64,000 nt of DNA. It comes from Amphiscolops sp. MND2022. Its lineage: Eukaryota. The notes under the pieces were generated by a model, which did no database searches, was not told where the DNA came from, and saw nothing but the letters and a program-made list of their open reading frames with translations. This document shows positions 12,501-22,678 of this stretch, piece after piece. The translations under genes and the position numbers were made by a program. The stretch's first letter is position 1. Each line of letters opens with the position of its first letter. Location of the stretch: assembly GCA_964187785.1 (NCBI GenBank), contig OZ076418.1, positions 29,140,001 through 29,204,000 of the forward strand, given 5' to 3'.

Positions 12501-15500
12501 AATTTCTTGTCTCATAGTGCCGAAACTACCAAAAAATAGTCTCATAGAGCCAAAAAAGTCTAAGTTAAGACTACCACGATAGCCAAAGCGGAATCCTTAG
12601 TATGTTTTCGAGTGTCTGAATGTCGGTTTTGTTTCGGGCGAGTTTCTGACGTATCCAGTATGTTTTGGATATGCGTAGTTCAAGTTCAACAAATGAACGA
12701 AAGAGTGGACCATTCAGTGTGAGGTATGTGGTCTGGAGAAAAAAAGGGTCACTGTAAGAGTCGTGCATTTTTTGTTTCACAAAAAGCGCCGACTAAAAAA
12801 TACCCTGCATGCAAAATGTTCCAGTAGTCTCAACTAGGGTAAACTTCTTGGGTGCAATATGACACTGCTTGATGGGATAAGTGTTGGAAATTTTCACTTG
12901 CACGTTTTTGTTATCAAAAATTCGCATCATCGGAGTATGATACCAATATAGACCCTTCCAACTGTAACTGAGCCGCGAACACAAGACTTTTCTGAAATCA
13001 TTCTTAAATCCCTCGTCTGTTTTTCGCAGGAAACTAGTTCAGGAATTTCTCAGAAGTTCGAAAAAACACGAAACGAAGAGATCCTGGATAGCTTTGATAA
13101 CCTCTATCATAAATTAGGCTGAAGGAAGGCTTTGTCTTAGCTTTTGACGTCACTGCTTTTCTAAAAAGTGTTTCATACGATTTCCAAGACATCGTCTTTA
13201 ATGAAACATAACAGCAAAACGTTGGGTTCGAAAAGTGGTTTGAAGTGAGCAAACCGCCGCAAATCATTTAACTTCCCAGGTTTTCGATCTTTGCGAATCT
13301 GTGCAGATCTGCAGAATTTTTTCTGCAGGGTTCTGCAAATATCTTTGCACTGAATCTTGAAGATCCATACAGATCTGCAAGATCTTTACAGAAGTGTGCA
13401 GATTTTCTTTAAAGATTTTTGCAGAAATATGTTTTTCTGCAGCTTTTAAGGAACCAATATACTGCATTTTTGGATTTCTTCAACTACTTTATCGAGTATT
13501 TTAGCTGACCTAAGGTCAGTCAGTAGAAACTCTCCATCATTCAAAATTCATGAAAAGGAAATATTGTCCTCATCACGGTAAATTTGGTGTCTGGGGAAAA
13601 TTTGGTACAAGTTATACCAAATTTATCTATTTCACTCGAACTTTCCAGAAGCGGTTGTTCAAATTTGAGAGGCTTGTTTGTCATATTGACTTCGTTTTGG
13701 CAGATACAACTACACATGTGGCACCCTTCTGGGTTGGTCGATGTGTTGATAAAGTGTTTTTGTTTCAATATTTCCGCAACATAGTTTGCTGGAGTATTTT
13801 TAGTAATTGCTGTTAATTTGGAATACGTTATAGTAATTTATTGGTCATTGTTTGGCTCTGTAAAGATCTGTAATCTCTACAGATCTTTACAGATTGCTAC
13901 AGAAAAATGTTTCATCATTTTGACATAAATGAGACTTCTCTCCAGTTTAAAACCTTTTTGTTTTTCGATTGACATCGCTGTCGGGTTTTATTGTGTTTCT
14001 CAGTACGTCAGTATTTTTCGAATCTGCACATACACTATGGTAGCAAAAAGCGACGTACAGCTGAAAATCAAATCTTATTCAGTTTGTGAAGAACTTTTCA
14101 TTTTCATTCTCAACCGGAAGTGAAATCAATCACTCTTGATTTAAACATTGTTGAAAATGGTCAAACCATTGGATTCATACGTTGTTTGCAAAATCGTTAC
14201 ACTTCGCGAAAGGGGTTTATCAAAGAAATTAAAGAAAAGTTGGGCCTTAAACCTCGATCGACAGCTCAAACAGCTTATCAGCGTTTTTGAGAACGAACTC
14301 TTATGTGGCGAAAAAACCTCCAGGCCGGCCAGAAAAGCTCAGCAAAAAAGAGCGAAGACTAATATTTTGAAGAGTGGAAAAGACCCAAAAACAACATTAG
14401 AACGAGTAAGAGTACTGCAAATCTTTTTCAACGTCAACAACAAGACGTACAATTCGAAGAATCCTGAAGAAGTACGGAATTGTTTCTAGAAAAGCCGCAA
14501 AAAAGATCAACTTGAACAAAACACAAAGACTGATCAGAAAACGTTGGTGCTCGAGTATGGTGGAAAAGCCCCTTGGTTTTTATCCAGCTTCAATTTTCCA
14601 CCGAAAATGAGAAAAAGATTTGGAATTTTTTGAAAAAAAAAATAATTGAAAAAAATCTCAAATTGCCGGAAAAACCAAAACGAAATAAAAAGTTTCATCA
14701 AATCAATCACTTTCATAGTGAACTGATAGCGCTTTTGATGGCGCTCCCAATGATACAAAACGGGAAAATCGAACGTCGGCGCTAACCTAAGGCTCAAAAA
14801 GCGCAAAGTTTAGAAAATCTGCTAGGGACTTTTATGAAAAGACAAAAAACTTCGAAACACCAAAATATCACAAAATTTGCAAGGGGACCTTTTAGTCACA
14901 ATCGGTTTCGTATGTTACGTTAAAAAAGGAGAAATGAGAGGGGGGACCCTCTGTACTACGTTAGATGAATTTTCGCTGCCCAGATTTGGGTGATACTGTA
15001 AACTTGAAGAATGTTGTTTTTTTTTTCACTCGAAATTTTGCATTTTCGTTCTGAGTTTTGGTTGGATGGAAACTAGGCTTCTGGGAAAACGTCGTATTTT
15101 CAGACGAAACTCGTGTGCGCTTGAATAGTGACGGCGTTGTGCGCGTGTTCAAGAAAACTGGTCGTCGCTTTTGCCCCAAAAACACCCAAGGACTAAGCAC
15201 ATGCAGAAGATCTATGATGTTTGAGGGGGCATCAGATCAGATGGCAGGAAAATGCTACTTGAATGTCCAGCAACACTTAACAGTTACGGATAATTGGAGA
15301 CTTTAAAGCAATACGATCGACATTTGATCATACAGGAATTGGTGTTCCAGCAAGACAACGCCCCAGTACACAAAAGTGAAGTTGTTCGCAATTTTCTAGC
15401 CCGAAAGCAACGGGAGGTGCTGGATTGGCCAGCTTACAGTCCTGACCTGATTCCTTTTGAAAATCTTTGAGCCATTTAAAAAAAAATCTTGCGAGGTCAG

Positions 15501-18329
15501 ATTGTTAGCTGGGAGAATTTAGAAGAAAAGGTTATGGAAGCGTGGAACAACATAAACCCTGAAGTTGTTCGCAACTTGTACTTATCGTATGGGAATCGCC
15601 TGGTGAAGGTAATCAAAAACCATGGAAGTTTGACGGGATTTTGATTTATGATTTGTTTCAGCAGTTGTTTCAAAAACTCTGTTCTGAGTTTTTTTTAAAA
15701 AAAGTTGGTGTACGTAGCTTTTTGATACCATAGTGTATCTGCAAAGAACTGCAAAAATTCTGCAGATCTGCAAACATCCTGCAGATCTGCACAGATTCGC
15801 AAAGATCGAAAACCTGGGTTGCCTGTGAGTCAATCTAGATGACTTCTAAATTGCACGAGTAAATCTTCAAACAATGCAATGAAGATGACAATGAAGATGA
15901 CAATGAAGATGACAATGCATTTTCAGTGAATGTTTGGATACTTTTCGAAGATCCAATGAACTCATCTTCACGTTTAGATGTTTAGATGTTTAAGAACCAC
16001 TTGCATTGGATTGAGCACAGCACTGAATCCCTCTTAATTGATTAACAAAAATATGCAATTTTTAGATGTCATTTGACTAATAGTTTGGTTTCCAGAGTGA
16101 AAGTTTATTCCCAATTTTTTTTGGGGGTGAACTTTAGAAGTTAGAAGTTAATTTCCCTTCCCCATTACTGCGGTAGGCTGTTCTGTTTTTTCCAAGTCGC
16201 TGCCCATACGGATACTATCTCCCCATAGCCAGCTATGGTACCATATTTGCAGCCAAGTGGTCAAGTAATGGTGGATTTGAAGCTGTGGTTTCAAAGTGAC
16301 TTGCTCAAGGTCACAAAGGCCTGACTGTTCACCGTTGCTATTTTTGTTTTGATTTTCTCCGCCAAATGCGTTATTTTTTGTCATTGACCATACCGCTAAG
16401 CTAGGGATGAAGAACTTGCTTAAGGACCAACAATGGTGAGTTGAGAGAGTTCATTTTTAAACTGAAACCATTCATATTTTGTCAGCCTGATGGATCACAT
16501 GATAATACAGATCACTTTCAAATCTTTTACAACATTGAAATGGCCAAACGACATACAGATCAGACATGTAGATCTGATCAACGAGCGTTTCGGTTCCTTG
16601 TAGTACACTAATAGTTTAACCTCTGTCTTTGATCGCATAAGACTGTTGTGTTCTCGCAAGGCCAGCGGAGTGGATTTGATTGACAGCTGAAGCTTCTTGG
16701 AAATTATGTCCATCAAGTTGCTCTTCAAATCTGGCACCTAGAAAGAGTAGAATTCTGCAACTCTGTTTCCTTGAGAATTTTATAAAATCATGAAAAATTA
16801 GCTTGGTAACCTACAAAAACTTGTAAAAAGTTCAAGCAGTTCCAACCAGGGTAGTGAATAGGGGTTAGAGTGTTGGTTATAAAATGAAAATACCAGTTTT
16901 GGCGGGAAATTTCTTTTTAAAATGTTTTTCTTCGTCATATGCGGCTCATCTTTTATCGTTAAAACAGTTAATTGCGCAGCTGAAAGGTAGCAATAAGATT
17001 TGTGCAACTTTTGTTTTTGGCCGGAAACAAAAAGTTCAGTGACTTTTAATACCTTCTTCAAATAAAAGTAACTTTGATTAGTTCAAATCTGAAATTTCGA
17101 ACAGCATGATTATAATTGAATTTATTTGGACCATAATCATACATTTCGCTGCAAAAACTAGTCAGAAGCTGCATAGTTTGCATGCAAAATTCATGAATGT
17201 TTTGCATGTTTTGGCTGCTAACTTTAGAAGATATGGAATGAATGAGTCGCAGATAAGTATCTGACATGTCCACCAATGTTTCAGCCATGTCTGAAGACAC
17301 TGCTGACGTCATCGCACAGTCGGCACTTTTGCCCAGACACTCGAAGAAAAATGTGCTGCATTTCTCAACGTCTGAAGCGTAAAAAGACTACACTAATAAA
17401 AATATGATAAATTAAATCATTAAATTGCAGAAACTAGTGTTGCTTTTTTTCAACTTCGCTTTCTGAAAAAAAACCGACTATATAAGAAAATAAAATTTTT
17501 AGCATATTTAACATATTAACATATTTGATAAAATCAGGCAAAAAAGCATTAGGCAGTTTTTACTGTCTGCGAAGAAATAAACAATGGGTTCGATACTTGC
17601 CTCAGGATTGATTTTTTTGTTTTTCCTTGTTGAAGGCAACTAACTGATATGTTCTCAGTTTTAACCAAGAAGGGCAATGAAATGAAATGCCTTTGAATTT
17701 CTTCGAAAGTGTGCAACACTTTTCATATATTTTTTGATGGACCGAAATATACATTTCAATAATTCGCCTTTTGAGTAGTTTATAATTTGCAACCATGTGG
17801 CAGCAGAAAGCTCCTAAAGACCTTATTCTTGGAATTTTTCGGTACAGTGAGATCTTTTGGTTTTTTAGAAAACAACAACTCTTGAGCTGATCTGAAGCAC
17901 ATCGTGGTATTTCCAACCACAAGTTCGACTTTAAGCCGCTCCGGTTTTTTTCTAATTTGTGACACTCTCGAATTTTTCAACTTTAATTGCACTCATTTTA
18001 ATTTTGGATCTATCTTGTCTGACAGCTCGTCACTTTTTTCAACTTTAATTGCACTCATTTTAATTTTGGATCTATCTTGTCTGACAGTTCTTGGTCAACT
18101 AGTTTCCTCTCAATTTCAAGAAGACTTTATCAATCCATGGGTATCTGACCGAGACGGATGTTCTATTCAGTTGATGTTCAGTTGATAATCAGAAAAACGA
18201 GGGTCTCTGAGAATGTTTCAGTCATGTTTTGTAAGAAAATTTTAAGCACTAACGTGTGAAAGCTAGTTCCATTCGGGTGCTGGCATCTAGGAACTGCGAA
18301 GTAGATGGAAAGAGCTGTTGAATCATGCT
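591..18329 (-). CDS. BAIAP2: IRSp53/IRTKS-family I-BAR + SH3 + WH2-like adaptor, spliced (13 coding exons found; first exon not located)
   Basis: Hand-spliced exons 18254-18329, 17223-17371, 16621-16737, 9552-9638, 8805-8957, 8017-8100, 7608-7776, 5965-6084, 5266-5472, 4278-4518, 2898-3102 (donor could be 2823), 1044-1228, 591-675 give one phase-consistent 1878-nt ORF. IMD helices: SMIQQLFPS..., AAVEERRFIATFIE (cf. ALTEERRRFCFLVE), VLKEKTIKW. SH3: VRADFNF...GWQYGLNKRTNKQGWFPVSFT. Also LPAPDY and C-terminal NLFANAKLRKPSVVNDRSGPVVR* (cf. [22 protein letters not shown]). The symbol denotes the family; orthology is untested. Confidence 0.9.
1927..1999 (-). other. tRNA-like (SINE-head or pseudo-tRNA) repeat
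   Basis: A-box TGGCGCAGTTCGTAG and B-box GGTTCGAACCC at tRNA spacing. The anticodon arm and acceptor stem do not fold canonically. Confidence 0.6.
2022..2209. repeat. 17-bp minisatellite (caagtaactaaaatagt), about 11 copies
   Basis: Directly visible tandem units. Confidence 0.95.
3392..3546. repeat. Imperfect palindromic MITE-like element
   Basis: Repeated aataacgtc(t)aaa units on the left are mirrored by tttagacgttgtt units on the right. Confidence 0.45.
3913..4040. mobile_element. 128-bp MITE-like hairpin with perfect 36-bp inverted repeats
   Basis: 3913-3948 gtgctgacaacccagggtaacccaccggtggccacc is the exact reverse complement of 4005-4040. No TSD identified. Confidence 0.7.
11390..12560. 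repeat. Patchwork of an interspersed repeat family with internal block duplications
   Basis: Recurring catagtgccgaaaa and aaagggggaccct motifs. Blocks ~11660-11800 and ~11960-12080 are near copies, as are ~11800-11960 and ~12380-12550. A related segment recurs at ~14740-14950. Confidence 0.7.
12570..13270 (-). pseudogene. Possible degenerate DDE transposase remnant (Harbinger/ISL2EU-like)
   Basis: Only fragmentary ORFs with LIYDRGY and RISKTYWIRQKL...IQTL, loosely resembling D(K/R)GY-type transposases. Confidence 0.25.
13275..15818. mobile_element. Non-autonomous TIR DNA transposon with CCCAG...CTGGG ends (CMC/EnSpm-like) hosting a Tc1 insertion
   Basis: Inverted ends cccaggttttcgatctttgcgaatctgtgcagatctgc (13275) and its reverse complement ending at 15818; subterminal tctgcag-type repeats; TT on both sides as a possible 2-bp TSD. 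Confidence 0.7.
14033..15735 (+). mobile_element. Tc1/mariner DD34E transposon, pseudogenised and interrupted
   Basis: TIRs cactatggtagcaaaaagcgacgtaca / tgtacgtagctttttgataccatagtg with TA TSD (14031-32, 15736-37). Motifs WENVVFSDET, FQQDNAPVH and WPAYSPDLIPFEN, with 34 residues between D and E. Stops, frameshifts, and a ~450-bp foreign insert at ~14500-14960. Confidence 0.9.
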
Positions 18330-19027
18330 CTGCAAAAAAAACAAAAAATCTATGAAGAACAAACTTAAGCATGTTGGTTATATCGAACTAATGCATAATT
18401 CTCATGAAAATCTGAACTATCGCCTAAAAAGTACAAATAGTTTCTGGAGTTCATATGAAAAATGTAGCGGATACAAAGAAATGAAATAAACAATTTTCCT
18501 TGAGAAATGTCGAAAAAAAAGCGAAATTGCGATAACACAGACAATTCAGTAGGGAACGAGTTAGTTGAATTTTAAAAGTAATTGGACTGTCTAAAGCAAA
18601 TAAAGATGGTAAGGCTTGGAAAATTTGAAAATGTTCTTGTTATGAGATCTTGATTTTTGCTTATATGAATAAAACATTAGTTGAACAAAGGAGTCTGTTC
18701 AGTAATCTCAGAGATTCTTTCGAGCTTTAAAAATAGTTTAAAATAGTTTTAGTTTAAATTGAAGCTGTGAATCTCAAATTAGAGCACGTTCCGATTCAGG
18801 TGAACAGATGAACGCTTAATCGAAAACGAAGGGGTATCCTTTGGAACCTTTTATATCTTGGGTGTCGCAGGCTGCCGCTTGTGACGGCAACCGATATTCA
18901 ATAGCCCCTAATGACAGCAATCTGCCTTTCATACCCTACCATTATAAACGGAGTCCTACCATTATAAACGCGGGACCATTGGTCCTTTGGTCTAAACTTT
19001 TCAAGATTTGAATCATTATGTTTTGTA

Positions 19028-20400
19028 TGTGAACTGTTTTAGATTATTGTTATTAGACATGTAATACGTATTAAATGTAAACCAGAAACGGATTGTTGAT
19101 GCTTTTTAGATTAATAATCAAAACAAGTACAGTAAGATAACTGTATGCAATAAAAGAAAAGTGAATTCCGCTCTAGTCAACTCGACGCACAGTCCCTGAT
19201 GATTAAGAACCAGTCATGTGTAAGTATTCGCTAGCCGTCCTGACCACCAGTCAACTATGCTGTTGCGTGCTAGTTTTATCTAGTCTGTTAGACTACCAGT
19301 GCGCCATACTGTATTTCTCTCATATAGAATATTAAGTAAATAAATGCTTGTCATTCAAACCACCAGCCATATAACTTGAATTGAAAGGCAGACCGCCTTC
19401 CAGTCCCCTCCATTCTATTTATAGATTCAGGCCCCAATCGATGCTATTTTTAGCCATGACCTAATAGTGATGTAAGACTGACGTCTGACCGAGGGCTATT
19501 TTAACCCGCATTAGTTGCTATTTTTAGAAACATGTCCAATATATCTTTGCTAGTCATGTATCAATTACTGTAAGTAGCAGGCCACCGTGGTCCAAAAGGC
19601 ACATCTTTGAACACGACGGTACAAATCAGTGAACACGAATTACTGCCTAATTTTCCTAAAATTCTCTATTTGATTTACGTTCTTTCAAATCAAATTTAGT
19701 TAACAGATAAATGTTTAAATATAACCATTTTCGAGCATTAAATTTTCAAATGCCATCAACAAGGAAACAGAAGGCTACTAAAAAAAGATCTAGGCAATTA
19801 GACGTGATGTCCGACTTGGAGAATACAGGCATAATCTTAGGAAATTACTCTAGAAATGAACTAGACTGTCAGTCAGGTGAGAGGGAAACTGGAGGAGACC
19901 TGGAGTCCAACGGACAGCTGATCCAACCAGTGGAGATTTCAGATATTTGATTAATTCTAATAGCGGAGAGAGCAGTGAAACTAATATAGAGACTGCAAGG
20001 ATGATAAACAATGAAATCACAATGAAAGATGCTTCCTAGCATTCAGAACGTACTAGGAGTTCACAAATCGGGATTAAATTCCATGAGGGACCGCAAATCC
20101 GGTAGACTAGACAGGAGCACCGGAGATCATTTTAGTAATATGGACCGCCAGTCTGGTAGACTGGACAAAAGCTTCGGGGATCATTGCAGTCAATTGGACC
20201 ACCGGTCCAGGAGACTTGACAAAAGCCCTGGAGAACGCTTTAGTCAGCTGGACCAGCAGGACCGTTGCAAATTAAATTCCAAATTCAGCATTCATGGAGG
20301 CTTAAACAGTGAGATCTCAGTGGACTCCCGGGCCGATAAACAAGATTGCGACATTGAGCTAACACTGTATAACATGGACAAATCCGATCTTTTGAGTGGT
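19028..20400 (+). mobile_element. Degenerate Gypsy-like LTR / gag 5-prime fragment
   Basis: Broken ORF from ~19750 (MPSTRKQKATKKRSRQLDVMSDLEN...) resembles the basic N-terminus of the gag at 30401 in composition; AATAAA-containing LTR-like stretch upstream. Boundaries uncertain. Confidence 0.35.
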
Positions 20401-20403
20401 CTG

Positions 20404-21353
20404 TGTAACGGCTGCTTGCCTTTATCCTGCGCTGAGGCTTGACAAACTTTACGCCGCCCTGATCCGTTGCTTAGTACTGTGGACCGTTACTAAACAAATC
20501 CTGGTTTTCTTGTTTTAAAGGACTGTATCTTTGGCTGGTGGGTCCGATGTGACCCGTGGAATCTCCTGCGATACCTCTTTGCACTGATTTGGATCCGATG
20601 TGATCCTGCACACACTTCCCTCACTGTATCTTCACGCGCTCCGGCTCTCCAACTATGAGAGTAGCTACTTAGTCGCTCTGACTCTAGCGAAAAGTTGTGA
20701 AGATTGAGAAGTTGATTAATTAGTCTTGCGGTCCTAAGACCCAACTTGACTATAGCTATACAGTGGAGAAAATCTCTATCTAATAATGGTGTACATATGG
20801 TTTACAATTCTACAGTAAATATAAGCAAATATCAGTTGAAATATGTTGTATAAATAAATGACATTTAAAGCATAATATGAAGTTATTGGCTAAGTAAACA
20901 AAGAATGTGGTGGTTTTGGCATGCTGGTCAGGTGGGTTAGAAAGTATGTTTACACAATGTAAATATCATAATTTCAACAGAGTTACATTTCCTTCAAGGT
21001 CATATGAGAAAATCACATAATAATTAATACATCAAATTTGGGTATTTCATGGGGTCCGACCTAGGTCACTTTGGGTGTTAATTGCTCAGAACCCAGGGGA
21101 GATACGGGGTCGGGTGTTTCTAGTGAAAAGTTAGCGTAGCACCACTACTATACGTGTGCCAAGTTTCAAGGTGATTGAATGAGTGGTTTACCGGGACGGG
21201 GGGGTGGTGTTTTTTGGTGACGCCATCTTTCTGGTGAAACTTGTAAATTTTCCAACTTGAATCTTGATGAATTTTCTAAAAGTTTTGAGTTGTAAGTTTC
21301 ATCAGTCACGTTCGAATTTGGGTTTCTGATCTCGCAATTGACTGGCGCCAACA
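20404..21353 (-). repeat. BEL 3-prime LTR
   Basis: TGTAAC...CCAACA; about 7 substitutions versus 26480-27429, counted by eye. Confidence 0.92.
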
Positions 21354-21610
21354 TTGCCGGCCCTGTTTTTCTCCCGAAAAACACTTTCGTAGAACATGGG
21401 TGCCAGTTTCACTACTGGTCTTTTCAGTTTTCCATCTTCTGTTTTCATCAGTGCTGATCTCACTCGCCCATCGCTTCCATGATAGACTTCCAACACTCTG
21501 CCCATCTTGTAGTATGCTTTTTCTATGTTTTCATCCATAATCCGAACCAAATCATTGACTTCAAGTTGTCTAACTTCTTCTTTAATCCATTTTCCAAAAG
21601 AGTCTTGTCG
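21354..21610 (-). pseudogene. BEL integrase C-terminal remnant (DUF5641-like)
   Basis: KWIKEEVRQLEVNDLVRIMDEN...MGRVLEVYHGSDGRVRSALMKTEDGKLKRPVVKLAPMF, the typical Pao pol C-terminus. Confidence 0.85.
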
Positions 21611-22678
21611 CATCATCACTTCCCATGATGCGGCCGGCCCTATGAAAGGTCCAATTTTACAGCTTGTTGTTGTTCGGGCTTTTGAAGAACCCATTTGCCT
21701 TTCCATCAGTGATATTTCGCCTGCAAATTCATCTGTCGAATTTTTTGCTTCTACTATGCCATCTTGATTCAGTTGAACCCCTACGTGCATTTCATCTAAT
21801 ATGTATGAGCTATGTTCAAATTTCCAAGCTCGTTTCTCGAATCGATTGCGGTGGCCATTGCTCAATTGAGTGTACACATTAGTGTTTGCTTGTGCCACTG
21901 CATCCATTCCCGAGTTTCCATTACCTAACCAGTTGTTACAATTTTCACTCTCGTTTGAAATAAATTTGTCCGGCATTTTTTCTTTCAGCTCAACATCATG
22001 TCTTCAACCAAATAACACAATTACGAATTTTGTTTCATTACTTGCCTTCTCTTCAGCCGGTTTGTCTTGTTCCAACAAACCACCAAGGGGTCTTCGATAA
22101 ATCGTTTTGCCTCGTGGAACTTCATGAAGTTAAATTTGGCACTCATTCACGAATCCAATTTCTCTGTCCAATTGAGAACACCTTTTTCCTTCTTCAAGTG
22201 TTAGAGTGTTGACAGTAACATTCATTGCTTGCAATTGAGTTGATTGCTTTTCTTTTACATGCTGTCGCACAGAGGCGACATCCATATTCTGTTTCACCAA
22301 ATCAAGCATCACAGTAAATTCTTCCAAGGTTCGGAGGTTTGATTTAATTGCAAAACTTTCATGTCCGTTCTTTTCTTCTGTAATTGAGAAACCCACATTT
22401 GCGTCTTGTTTGACTACCATATGGTCACCCACAGCTAGGTGCATTTCGTCTTGCCAGACTTGCTTGATCTCCAAAAGGAGAGGTTTAGTACTGTCTTCCT
22501 GCCAGTTTCTTTCTACAACGAATATGTCTGGTGAGTTCTCCGTATTTTCCTTGGACATTTCGTATACGCTGCAGTGGGAAGTACACAATTCCAGGCTCGA
22601 CCAAGTTTTCATCTGATCCACCAATGGATCCACATCTGCAAAAACCAAACTTTCATTGGCGAGCTTCGCAGTTTCTTG

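Noticed and set aside
16148-16384. Possible additional exon in the 7-kb intron
   Set aside because: Exons 16621-16737 and 9552-9638 already join in frame and align continuously with the I-BAR helix.
17975-18085. ~55-bp tandem duplication (also ~9015-9135)
   Set aside because: Local intronic slippage duplications with no evidence of function.
20029-20442. 137-aa ORF with RQSGRLD repeats (copy at 26159-26518) as a separate gene
   Set aside because: Part of a degenerate repeat, and it runs into the BEL LTR; the second copy is the flank duplication.
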